This document shows, one piece after another, positions 26,301-40,260 of a DNA stretch of 64,000 bases. The position numbers were made by a program, and so were the translations under genes. Origin of the DNA: Auanema rhodensis. Lineage: Eukaryota > Animalia > Nematoda. The stretch spans positions 8,184,001 through 8,248,000 of the forward strand of contig OZ059895.1 of assembly GCA_964057225.1 (NCBI GenBank). Direction: 5' to 3'. Under the pieces are notes generated by a model. The model saw only the letters and a list, made by a program, of their open reading frames with translations. It was not told where the DNA came from and searched no databases. How positions within the stretch are numbered: the stretch's first letter is position 1; every line of letters starts with the position of its first letter.

Positions 26301-27738
26301 CATGTAATGAGAGGAGAAGTATGTATGTATATGATGTAGATATGTGAATCCATATAAGTTCAAACATCGTAACTATATGATATAGATACATATGGTTAAG
26401 ACGTTTTTCTATTCATAATCCTATGTAATTATTAAAAAAAAGAGGTTTCATATTACATGTTTATATAATATAATAAATAATATTAATTATTCTTTAAATA
26501 TATCATATTTCATGGTACTTTTCTCTAAAAATTTTACTTTTTTTCTCTTTTTTTTTTACATAAATATCTCTTTTGTTAACAAAATTTTTCAAAATATATA
26601 AAAGACAAAGCTTTGTTGTTTGTTCTATTTGTATCTCTCTTAATATTTCCAGGGAATAATTTGTCTTGTTTTGTTTTGAAATTAGTTATTGCTGGATGGC
26701 GATGGTGATGTAGCTGACCGACCGCCAGTCGACAGGCTCTATAACGCTTGTCACCTCAAGACTCAGAGTTTACTTCCAAAAAAGAAAAAAAAACTTAAAT
26801 TGAACTTTATAATTCGAAATTAAAACTTTATTATTATTTTTTTGTGATAAAAAGCAAAAAACTACATTAATTTTGCTTTTTTTCTTTTCTTTTCTTTTTC
26901 AAATAAAAAAACAAACAACCAATATGTTCAAAATACAGCTCTGTATATAACTGAAAATGAAAGTTAAGGATTTAAAGATACAAATTGACATACGATTCTC
27001 ATTTAAAACATAAAAACTGAATATAGTATAACTACATGTATATGTATATATAATCCAATAAAGGATATAAAAATGTTTTTTTTTTTAAAAACAAATGAAA
27101 TGAAAATTACAAATAATAGGCTACCTGTCTATAAGTTATTATAACTATATATGTATGTATATGTACATATATGTATAATTGACAACTTAATTAAATTATA
27201 AAAAGTATTTAAAGACGACAAGGCTGTTAATGTTGGCAACATTTTGGAGAATTGGAGGTATACAACATACAAATAAGATATAAGTATAATGAAGGGGGAG
27301 TTGGTTTTTTTTTAAAATAAAATATAATTAAAAGAAATTACTCTGATATAGTTAGTATAATATAGTTGTCATCTAACCATATTACAACAAGTAAACATAA
27401 TTCTGAATGCATTTTTTCGAAAGAATTTGTACTTTCTTTACAAAAAAAAAAGATTTTTCCTATGAAAATGAATTGGAAATCAAAATGTGATGATGATTAT
27501 GATGATATTAATGATATAATAATAATAATAATATAAGATTATAATAAATAAAGAATGAAATATATAGAAATATATATTTTTTGAATTGATCTTCTTGATA
27601 TTCTTATCTTGTATCACATCCCTAGATATTTCATTTTTTCAATCTTTAAGTATCATAATCTCACAACTTATGTTTTGTTATTTTGTACAAAAAATATTAT
27701 TTTTTTCTTTCTTTCTTTCTTTCTTTTCAAATCTTAAT

Positions 27739-30700
27739 TCATGTTTCAATCCGTGGGCTGCTACCTCGTCGCCAGTTTCTAATTTTATTGAACAAGCCAG
27801 CAGGTGATAAAGCTGAACATTTGCCTGCAATTATAAGTTAATAGATGAGAAATTAATTATTTTCTGTATTACCTGTAGTAATATCAGCAGGCACTTCTTT
27901 CTTTTTTCGTTGTGAATATCGACGGATAGCAGCATGAAAATCGTCAATATGACGAGGACTTGGCTGCAACAATTCAAAAAATTACTATTTTACATTGACA
28001 TGATCATTCATACCGTTTTTACAAATGATGGAGTAAATGCTTCTTGGATTTCAGCTACTAATCCAACAAGAAGATCATCCACATCATGATTCAATGCTAC
28101 AGATATTTCAAAATGTTCAAATCCATGATGAGCTGAAGCTTGACGTACTTCTGAAAATATGAATTATATGATAAGCCTTGGTTTTACAGCTTTAAGATCT
28201 TACCTTGCTTTAGAACGGTTCTCTTTCTTTCCAGATCTATCTTATTACCAGCTACAACAATTGGAGTATTTTTACACAAAGGAGATTCCCGTATCATCTA
28301 AATGTATATTTTAATTTAAAAATTTAAAAATATGCTAATTACTTCTATGCCAAGTAAAGCTTGTTTCCAACTTGATCTTGAGTCAATACTGTAGACAACA
28401 ACATAAGCATGAATATCAGTATTCAAGAAGGTTCCATCAGACTAAAATGACGAATACAATTTCAAATTTATACAATATCTTACCATATCACTTTCAAAGA
28501 ATATTAGATCGCATTCTTGTCCACCTATGTTAATTGATACAGTATTCTCAAAATCTTCTGAAAATTTAAAGTTTTAAAGTTTTATGATTCAAGCTTATAC
28601 ACGACTTACGTATCTCATCAGCAAAAGCATTTTTGTATTCTGAAGTAATTAACTGAGCAATCATAGATGATTTGCCTGTTCCCGTATCACCCAATACATA
28701 TATCTAAAGATATCAATTATACTAATTATATCATATAGTTAACGGTAATTACTTTATAAACTGAATGACTCGTTCCTGGATCATTTTCTTCATTTGTTTC
28801 TTTTCGTGAATCATCAGAAGACGATGGACTATCACTACGACTGCCTCGTGCAGAATCACTTCCTGACATAGCATATGGTGATGGTGACTTATCACCTTGA
28901 AATCCTGAAGAATCATCAATGTTTATTAAAGATTTAAGTGTAAACTATAGTCAGAAACTATGCTTTACAAGTCGTTTATACTATAACGTTTTATTTTCAT
29001 TTTTAACCAACTAATGCTTTTTCAGTTTAAAAATAAGCTGTTATGCTTGCTTTTTTTCAATTATTAGGTTATTAAACTATAAATATATAACAAAAAAACT
29101 TTAGTGAAAATCTAATAAAAATAATTGTTGTATAGTTGATTTATATCACTTTGTTATCGTTTTTTTCTTCTTTTTTTTTTCAATTATTTGAGAAGGAAAA
29201 GCAATTGGTTAATTGATAATAAACAGTTTGCAAGTAATTGAGTGGAAGAGAAGAAGAAAAAAGTTTGGCAATATTGCACTTGAATCACATCAAAATCGTT
29301 TAAAATTTTTTTTCAAAAACAAAGGACAATAATAAAATATGTTTAATGTGTGTGTATACCTTTAGCTATACGTTTTCGTCGGAATGAATCTCCTCTGCTT
29401 ACAACAGCACCTTTGGCATCAATTTTGAATTGACGAACTCTATATGGATATGATGAATGATGATTTATGATACTTAGACTCATTACCTTGTATAATCTTC
29501 AGAATCTGGAAGACGTAGAAAACGTTCTTCAATTTCACTAGTAGGTTTGGCTTCCGGCCAGACATCAGTGCGTGGCTCAACTAAGCGTGTTCTGAAGAAG
29601 AAAAACATATCGACATTCGGTAGCGATGTATAGATTTCAGATGGACGTCGAATTGGAGTGGTTGTACGACTACGTCGACACAGGCTTTCGTTTGACGTTT
29701 TCATTCTGGATTTCGTTCTGGACGTGCAAAAGCTCAGAAGAATCAGAAGAATACAAAATATAGAGTAGCAAGAGCGAGAGCGGCAGATGAGAAAATAATA
29801 GTATTGAAAGCTTCTTTTTGCTCTTTTATCCACAAAATTTCAGGTGTCGATAGATGGATGAATGATCAAAAAATATAATTCAGAAGCTGAATAACGAAAA
29901 CAGACTGAATGTTGATGAGTTGTGATGATAATTCACAGTGTTGTGAAACTAGTACACCATGAGAATATAGTATTCTGATGTGGATAAATTTGAGCAAAGT
30001 TTCTCAGATAGTAAACTAGAAATTTCAAATCACAAGACTTGAAATTTCTCAAAAATCTGTGATAGTGTTTAACCAGATGGTGACTGTTTATATAGGAGAA
30101 TGAGAGAGAAAGTTGGAAAATGGAAAAGATTGTAGAGAGAAGCTGCGAGAGAAATTGAGCCGAAATTTGATTTTTGTCGCTTTACGGTTTGACACAATTT
30201 GAAGCGAATGCTGCTAACTTTCTCAAAAAATGCCGTAGGGCGTTGAGGAACTGTAAGTGAAAAATCTGGATCTGAGCGCAACAACTATTGTTCTTTCTTA
30301 AATTTCAAATTCCATCTTGCTAATAGAAAATTCTTTTGATATGAGAGAAGACGGCGTCAAGAAGTTTGAAATGAAAATCTTATTAATATTTCTGTTAATA
30401 AGGCCGAAATGAAAAATGGTTCTACTATACTATATGTATAGTATATAATATTAAAATGAACTTTATTTGTACTATAGGTTACACTTTTACTATAAGTATG
30501 ACCGGAATTTGACATTTTGTCTTTTCTCAATAACAATAGCTTGAATCTCAAATTCAAAAATCTCAAAATAGGTTAAGCTCAGTTACATTTAGAATAAGAA
30601 AATAATGCAGAATCAACACACAAAAAATAACACAAAAAAAAGGAAAAAAGGAAGAAGAGAAAGATGAAAAATTTAGAGAGAAATGAAAACAAATAGGAAA

Positions 30701-31739
30701 ATTAAAAGCAGACCGTTTTAAAGTGTTTGCAAAATGAAATAGATTTCAGTACTTCAGACATCAACGTGAACTTTCACGTCGACAACGTGATTATTCACGT
30801 GATGGAATAGTACACATACAGATAGTAATATGAGAAGATGATGCAAAGAATGTATTATGAGAAAGAAGAAATTAAAATTTAAAACAACAAGAAAACAGTT
30901 TTAATTTATGATTTTGAGCTAAATCATTGATCAGCTAGCTGATTATTCAGCTTTATCATAGTTAGATAGAAAATGAAAATCACCTTTGTAAACTACTTCT
31001 TCTAGATACAGTAGGTGTACTTCGTCTGCGTTCACAGCTTACATCTTCTGCTGCTGTTCGTCGTATCTAAATTAAATTATGCTGATTATACATATATGAA
31101 TACATAATACAGATTTGAAGTGATTGTTTATTTTTAAGAAGAAAAAAAAACTAAAATAAAGAAAGAAATTTATATATCTATATAATACCTCAACGACTGG
31201 CCGTGGACGATGCTTGAATGATTGTGATCTTAGTGGTTGCCTCATATCAGGTGATAAATATCCACTGAAAAATAATAAAATTATAGTTCATTATGATATA
31301 AAAAATAAATATTTTGAATATATTATATGATATATAGTATAATAATTATTTTATACAGTTTTTAAAAAATAATATCAATTGAAAAATAAAGATAAAAAAG
31401 AAGATGAAAGAAGAGAATATACGTATTCAAGTGAGAAATAGGAAACGAAATTGAGTAACAGTGAATAGAATGACTAAATGTATTTTTGGATTGCTCTAAA
31501 CGTCTAAAAAAAACAGAAAAAGAAAGTGAAAAAAAATGATGAGAAGCTAATAGAGAGAGAGAGAGAGAGAGAGAGTGATTTGGACGATCGGTGTTGGCTG
31601 GTCGGTTGCTTGGATGGTCGTTGTCTCATCTTCTTTTTCCTTCTCAAACTCTCTATCACCCTTTCTTTCTTTTCTTCTCATACTATGACTCTCACTCTCT
31701 TTTTATTTATACCTTTCTTTCTACCTCTACAATCCCTCC

Positions 31740-31785
<46 letters not shown>

Positions 31786-33016
31786 TTCTTCTAATATCTC
31801 TCTGTATTTCGTATATTGCTCTTTATTTTTTTCTGATGATGATAACTTTTTTTTTTTTTGAAAAGACAAACAAAAACAGCAGAAGATCCTGATGTATATA
31901 AAAGAGTCAATGATAGTGAACAGGAACTACCATGATTGAGCATAAAATCAGAAAGAAAAGGTTAAAATACAAGAATGAACATTTGAAATCATAGATTAGA
32001 TGAAAGGTAGATGAAGAAATGAAATGAGATCGTTATAGTTCTCTTTGGATGCTTCAATGTCCTTAAACTTTCACATTCAACTCATCTTTCCTCTGTCAAC
32101 TATCACGATGATGAGGCTCAATTTCTCGATTCGTTTCAGATTTTGTTTCGATCTATCATTCCTTCAGCTATTTTTTCTTCATCAATTTATTTCTTTTTTT
32201 ATCTTTTTATCATTTTTTTTTATTATTTACTACTACAACATCATCAGGTACTTGTGCATCACATATTTCTCTCAAGAAAAATGAAAATGTAAGTATGTTG
32301 TAGTGTATCTTCGTTCTTCTAACTATATAATCTAGTAAATCAAGATATTTTTTGTGGAATTTCAAAAATCATTTTCTTCTCAAAAAAAAATTTTTTTTAT
32401 AAAGAAATAGTTGTTATAGTTGTTAAGTATAGTTAACTAGATATACATATACTATACATATGCTGATGTATAGCACTAACTAACTATAATAAAACTTGAA
32501 GTAAATAGAAAAATAAGAGAAAAAGATATATAATATTCCAAATATATAAAGAGTTCAATTATATATAATATATAATATACAGAAGAAGAAGAAGAAGGAA
32601 AAGAAATACTTTTCAATTCGAATATTCTATAGGATATAGTTAAGCATATAGTAAACAAGATTTTTTTTTTGTGAAGAAAAATAGAAGAAGATAGAAAAGA
32701 TAAAAAGTAAAATGATGAGCATACATATCCTTTCTTCATCTTTTTGTCTTCTGTCTATCTCTACGATTTCAATTTTTTTTTCTGGTAATGCTGCTGAACA
32801 AAACGACCAGAGGACAGATAACTCAGTTTTTATGGTCGAGCAAGCAGTCCTGGCTTTTCCTAACATGGTTAGAAGAGCTGTGGGTCCCGTAAACAACTAA
32901 TCTATCTCTATAGACAATGTCCGTCCATCCTGTTCACTCAAGTCAGTTATACAGAAAAAAAAGAAAAAAAGAAAATGAGTTAGTGTTGAAGGAAATAGAA
33001 GAAAGATAGAGAGATC

Positions 33017-33074
<58 letters not shown>

Positions 33075-34157
33075 GAGAGAGAGAAAGAGAAAGAATATTG
33101 AAAAGCAGAAAGATAAAGAGAAAGAGAAAAAGAGTAGTGAATGTATGTATGTATATAGCTAGATCAGAAAGATACACAGAGATCAAAGTAAGTAAGAAGT
33201 CGAACAAGGAAAGTAGTGATGAATCTAATTGGAATTGTTCTAAATCAGTCAGTGAAATAGAAATAAAGATATTTCCTTAGCATTTTTGTGATTTTTGAAC
33301 ATTATTTGTTGCATTTCTGCTCGAATAGGAAGGATTGTAGCTGATTAAACTATGGTAGAAGGGAAGGAAAACGATATATTTAGCTATCTAAACTATGTAT
33401 TTTTAAATAAATTTTAAAATATAATTAATATAATGAGTATAGTTAAATATATATACATAAGTGTGTATGTGTAATCTAAGAAAGAAGGAAGTTATAAAAA
33501 TTGGAAGTTCACAGATGCTTACAACTCAAGTTTCAAGATATAGCAATACGGTATAGTATAGTTAAACTTTTTGAATATAGATAGTTGATGGTTGATTGCA
33601 TAATACAAAATATTTATAATTAATTATATAAATATATATAAATATATATGACTAAGATTATAATACAAATATGAATTTTAGATGAAAATTTATAAAATGA
33701 ATGATCAAATTATCTCCATATATACATATTACGGCGTCATGTCTCAAGTATTGTTTGGCTTAATTAAAAGAGCTGTGTGGGTGGCTTTGAGAAAGAAGAA
33801 GGAAAGAGGGTGTGAAGAGCTGCGTCTGAACATCTTTAACCGCAGAGAGCAAAGTTGTACGGAAAAAACAGTTCAGAAAGACAATATGATTAGTGGAGTA
33901 TTGTGAGAGATTTTCAAGATATATTGAGCTTTTGGAAATGAGCAGCACTTTGATATGACGGCTAATGAGATCATCTACAAGCCTGATGATTCACACCCCA
34001 ATTTACCAAAATAGTTTTTGTGCTCTGTAAGAGTTTAAAGGGGAGAAGGTTATAAGCATCAGAAGTCAAATGAATTAGCTTTTCAATGTTCTTTATCTGA
34101 TTGTTGCAAAGGTATTAACAAATAATTAGAAAGAAAGTGAGATAGAGAGAGAGAAAG

Positions 34158-34192
<35 letters not shown>

Positions 34193-34533
34193 AAGAGAGA
34201 GGGAGAGGGAGAGAGAGAGGAAAATATAATAATGAGATGGACAGGATACTGTAGAATATTTAATAAATAATAATATAGTAACTGCTTGTAAAGTGATTGA
34301 GAGAGAAAGAGGAACAGAAATTTATATATAGAGAGAAAGGAGGAAATAAAATAAAAATTAAATCTTGGCTATGGTGAAGTTTTTAAAAACATTTCAGAGG
34401 CTACTCTGTTATCTAGTATTTCATTTTAGTTGTTCATAGGCTTTGTTCTTACTTTCAACCTAAGTACTAACTTAAGGATCAATGACAATAAGCTTGAATA
34501 GGAGAGAAAGGAAGAAGAAGAAGAAGAAGTTGC

Positions 34534-34573
<40 letters not shown>

Positions 34574-35438
34574 GAAAAGGAAGAAATATCTAATATAAAG
34601 GAAAATAGGCAAGTATCTTCTGTTTCTGCTAGAGGAAAGTGGAACCCTTGCAGACAAGATAATTACTATCCACAAGCAAGCTTTATGCTCTTTCATTTGT
34701 TCGAATAAAATAAAATATATTAAACTTAATATTACTAGCTATTTAAACTTTAAACAATCAATAAATAATAATATTATAAAATTAAAATAATTTTTATATA
34801 TTTAGGAATAAATAAAATATTTAATAGGAAGAGGCAGCCAATTTTTCTTTAAAAGTTGGTAATTTAAAAGAATATTATAGAGAGAGAGAGAGAGAAAGAG
34901 AGAGAAAAAAAAGAATGGAGCAACCGTTGAACGAGTTTAAATAAATTGAAATGAAAACTGTTCTTCTTCACGTAAATCAAGTGTATGTCATTTTCAAATG
35001 TTATAAACATCTGTACTTACACGTATATTTCAAGTATTTCATTGACTTTTCACTTATTGAAAGACATTTTGATCTGAAATGCTTCTTTTTTTTCTTTTTT
35101 TTTCTTTGATCTTTGAAGATATGAGAATAAAGAATAAAAAGAAAAGAAATGAAAAGGTAACTTAGAGAGAAAAGAGCGATAGCGTGTGGTAATTTCAAAA
35201 ATTTGGAAGGAAATTTCATTTTTCGAAACAAAATGCTCGGATGTTGGAGAAAATAAGTTTGAAATTCATGTTATGTCTAGCAAATGTGTTAGTACGTGAA
35301 AAAATGCTCAAGATATGCAAATTCGTCTCGTGGTCCTTCAACTTCAGATGGTTAAGATGGGAATTTTTTTATTTGGAAGGAGCAAAAAAAAGAGAGAAAG
35401 AAAGAGAATAGGAGAGTAAGAGGAAAAGAGACAGAAAT

Positions 35439-35498
<60 letters not shown>

Positions 35499-36766
35499 GG
35501 GGAGAGGATGAGTGGATATGGAGAGATAATGAAAGAGAGCGAATAGTAGAAAGATTTAAGAAGAACTGAAAACGTAGGATAAGAATATCGAGAGAGTACA
35601 GGATGAGGAAGGAAGCTGAAGAGCATGGGCTGATGTTCAATGAATGAAGAAGGAACGATGACAGAAGTTGGGTTTTGCCCCAAGGAACGATAGTGACGAA
35701 CGAGATGAAGCAGATAAACTCATTTAGCGAATAAGGATTTTTAGAGAAGGAAAAATGCAGAAAAGTACATACAAAAGACATTTTTGTTTTAAAAAAAAGA
35801 TGATTTGAATGATATTTCTTGAAGAAAAAAACAAAAAGCAAATTAAGAGTTCAAAAATACATTAATTGACCTACAAATTGAAAATAAAACAAAAATTTAT
35901 ATATAGAAGACATTGATACTGCTTCAGAGTGGTTTTCGGGTATTTTTCTGTTATTTTTCTCATTTTTTTTCTCTGTGAACATACGTTGTTGTGGATTGCA
36001 AGACAAGGCTTGGTGCAGAGGAGATGAGTGAGAAAGAGAGAAAGACAAGGATGGGAGATGAAGCTGGACAGAATAAAGATGAGTCAAAATAGCTCGAACT
36101 GACGTCATATGCTTTCTAAATATGTGTTCGAATAGCAGTTGTCTCACTAGTGAGGCTACTTCTTGGTCATCTGGCTGAGCTATGCTGTTGGAGAAATAGT
36201 ACGTTATATGAAGAGAGAATATGAAGAGAAGTACAGAAAATGAAAAAGCAGAAGTGAATGAATGAGATTGTCAGTGAAAATGAGAGAGAAGGGAAGTAAG
36301 AGAAAGAGAGAGAGAAGGGAGGGGGGGGGGAGAAGGAAACAGGAGAGGTCAGATCTCATCGTTATCGTCATTGCACATAAGCCTGAGGGAAAGGCCATCT
36401 AACTGAGTGTTGTACTGGTCATCTGTTCATCCAGCTAGTGACATACTCTCTCGTGTGATACTTGTCTCTCATTTCTGTCACTAACTCAACTATGGGTTAT
36501 AGTAGTTGAAGTAGAAACAATAGATTCTGCTTACTAACGAGCATAAGCTTTAGCTTCAGCAGCAGCAGCAGCAGCAACAGCAGTAGCAAGAAAGAGGTCG
36601 TGAATGTATAAGAGAGGAAAGCAAAAAGTATAATATATAATGCAAAGTTATGAAATTTTTTCTCGAAAAATAAATTTAAATACGTTTATATTTTATAAAA
36701 TATAATCAGAAATTATTAATTAGATTAACTATATGTAAGTATGTATGTGTATATGTGTGCCTTTAT

Positions 36767-36814
<48 letters not shown>

Positions 36815-38743
36815 TCTTCCTCTCTCTCTCTCTCTTTCTTAGCTTCATGTATGTTGTCTCTTGTTCTTTATTTCTTGCAGTTTACAGAGAAACACTTGAT
36901 CAAATGGTACTTTCCAGTTTTTGCTTCGTTTTGACCAAATTCTTTCTTTCTTTCTTTTTTTTCAAATGAAGAGCATATGAGTAGGGAGAAAAAAAAAGAA
37001 AATGAAGAATACAGAATCACAGTAAACTAAGGCATTTGATCGTTCTGTATGGTGACTGCGATGAGGTGAGAGGAACGAAATTGCCGATTGCCATCGGAAC
37101 TAATCAAACAGAGTTTTCTTCAACTAACATACTCTATGAGTTACGTTTCAAGAACTTTAACAAAGAAAACTAACACGTGAACGTGACGTCATAATCACGT
37201 ACTTACGTTCAAAATTTTTTTTTTTTTTGAAATAAAAAAAAGAAAAATTGAAATAAAAACTTTGATATAACGAGAGATGATGATGAAGAGGGGAGAGGGG
37301 GGAAGAGTATAGAAAGGATATTGAGATAGACAGCTATGACAGCTAAATAATCTGAAAATGAAATTTAAAAAATATATATATGCATATTTAAACTGTATAT
37401 ATATGCATTTAACTATATATAACTATATATATATATATAATTTTATAAATTATTATTGATTGATTTGTTCAATAAAATTATAATTAATGAATAAATAACT
37501 TTGATTGAGATTTAGACGAAGAAGAAGAAGGAGAAGAAGAAGGAGAAGAGGAAGATGAAGAAGAAACAATATAAGCTTCATTTCGCTAATTTTTAAATTT
37601 TCATATAAATGTTTTTAAGATAAAAATAAATATTTTTACAAATGAATATGATTAATTGAAATCTTATCCTCTTATTATCATTTTGAATAGTTAATTCCAA
37701 GTGTAAAGCATATGGTTAATATAATGGAAAGAGGTTAATCATGAATAAACTTCTTCCTTCCTCTTTCTCTTATTCTTTTTCTATCCTTCCAGCATAAGAA
37801 AAAAACTTTTATTTGTAACTTTGAACTTGGCTTTTAGCTTTCTTAGCAGCGGAGCCATGCGTTATGAAGCCGAAAATGAGAAATATTGTGCACAATAGAA
37901 TATAGACCCCCAAAGGTTTATGCAGCTTAATCCTAAAGTACAAGCTTATAACCTAGCAGCCTGGCAAGCATGGAGTTGAAAGCTTGCTAGAACCCGTTTC
38001 GAGTTCAGACCAATCATAATTCTAAGCTGTTATATACATATGTATATCCATGAGCGAAAAAGGAGAAAAGCCTTTCGTTCAACGAAATGACAACCTAAGT
38101 TGATTATTTCCGAAATTGTATTGATTGAATGTTGCAAGGTGAAAACTATTATATCTTGTAAAATATACTAAAAAGTAATATATAACTATATATATATAGT
38201 TAGATATATAAATATTTATATATTATATATATATATAGTTAAGAAGGTAAAATGAGAATTGTATTTGCTGCATATTGCTATTCACTCACACACAAATATT
38301 TCAGCCAAAAAAAGGTTTTAAGTTAAGAGAACAGAAGACAGAAGAAGAGGGCATGAGATGGAGCTCGATAGACGGAATGGATTACTCTTACATCTGATGG
38401 GCTCTCAAGCTCATAGACAAACAATTTCACGCTCTGTGACTCGTGAAATAGTAGCAAATTGGTACGCAGATAGATCTTTTAGTTTTTTTTTTGGAAAATT
38501 ATGATTAGAAAACAAAATTTTTTTTTGATTTCTTAGAAGTTTTTTGGCTTCATTTTCAAAGTAATTTTTTATTTTTCGAATATATAATATATTTAAAAAT
38601 ATATATAACAAATAGTGACATCATATCAGATAGTTCGATGGCCTTCTAATATGTATGAAGCTTATATAGGATTAGATACAAAGTGATAGAGGTGGGAGGG
38701 AAAGAGAGAATGATAGAGGTGGGAGGGAAAGATATATATATAT

Positions 38744-38788
<45 letters not shown>

Positions 38789-39314
38789 GAGGGAGAGAGA
38801 TTAGTTTAGGAAATTGCAATAAGGTAAGTCTAGACATGGAATCAGCAACAGACTCAACATTCATGTAAACATACAGATTTTCGAAATTATTTTTTTTAAT
38901 ATCACAAACACAGCATGTCATGATTGTTATATTTGCTTGAAAATCAAGCTGAATCAAATGGCATGAGGATTTCAACAAAAAAAAAACTTTTTTTCATATT
39001 TTCATTGTATATACATGCATAGTTAACTGCTTATTTGGACTTTCAATTCAATTTTTATGAAATGTTTATACAGTTACATCTATATCTATCTATTACTCTC
39101 TATCCTCCCACTCTATTTTCAATAATAATTTTTTTTTCTTTTATTCATCTCTGAATATTAAGTATTGAAAGTTGTAAATAGTATATATTCTATATATGTA
39201 TATGAAGAATAGGTATGAATTAAAACAAAATGATAAACAAGAAGCAGAAGCAGAAGCAGAAGCAGAAGACGAAGAATGTAAAATTTAATTTAATTTTTAA
39301 ATTTATATGTATAT

Positions 39315-39373
<59 letters not shown>

Positions 39374-40209
39374 GAGAGAGAGAGAGAGAGAGAGAGATAA
39401 AGAGGTAGAGAGAGAGAAATATATTATTCTATTTAAATTATATTTAAAAACATTTATTTTTTAAAGTTTCTTCGTCTTCTTTGGCTTTATCTGATGGCAA
39501 AGGAAAGCAGAGCACACATGATCTTAGCGCGAGCAATGCGGAACTCAACGATGTTGAAACTATGCTTAACCTAATAGGAAAGATGAAATAACTAAAAGCT
39601 CAAGTCTTGACTCATCTTGTTTCCTTTTTCTTTTCTTCCTCAATAACGCTCGAAACATGCATATAACAGTTTTGAAAGCAAATGAGTATGCTGAAGCAGA
39701 AGAAAGGAGAGAAAGATGAAGAGCATATCGATGACGGTGAATTCGACTGACAACGATGACAACGACGTTCTACATGTAGATGAAGGCGGACGAAGGATCG
39801 AAGAATACTTTACGGGATATATTGCTTCGTTATTCTCATCCAATCTGCTAGCGAATGTGAAATTTAATAGCAAAATCAAGAGTTTTAAAAGATGAAATTA
39901 GCAAATATATTATAATCGGAATCAAATTTCTTTCTTTTTTCAGAATATTTTAAGACAAAAAAATGAAGGAAATATACTTGACTAACATTTTTTTGATATA
40001 TAAAAAAATAATTTAAAAAAAGAGAAAAGAAGAAGAAGAAGAAGAAGAGTAAGACGAAGCAGGATATCCGGATTGTTTCGTACTGAAACTGCTCTGAATG
40101 AAGCTATGTAGTAAGAGCAATGCAAAAGATAAAAACTGACAGTCAACTAAGATATATGTATATATGCTACAGATGACAATAAAAGAGAAACTCAGATATA
40201 TACATCGTT

Positions 40210-40260
<51 letters not shown>

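Noticed and set aside
29990-30004. 13-nt match to miR-87 (TGAGCAAAGTTTC); also a miR-92-like start at about 29272 and bantam-like TGAGATCAT at about 33966 and 40442
   Set aside because: Only partial matches, with no complementary arm forming a pre-miRNA hairpin on the correct side.
32627-32900. Overlapping ORFs in a GC-richer island of the RGK intron
   Set aside because: No acceptor/donor pair in phase with the RGK exons; more likely a non-coding element.
36557-36590. (CAG)n run suggesting a polyQ/polyA exon
   Set aside because: No extended open frame with splice sites; simple trinucleotide repeat.
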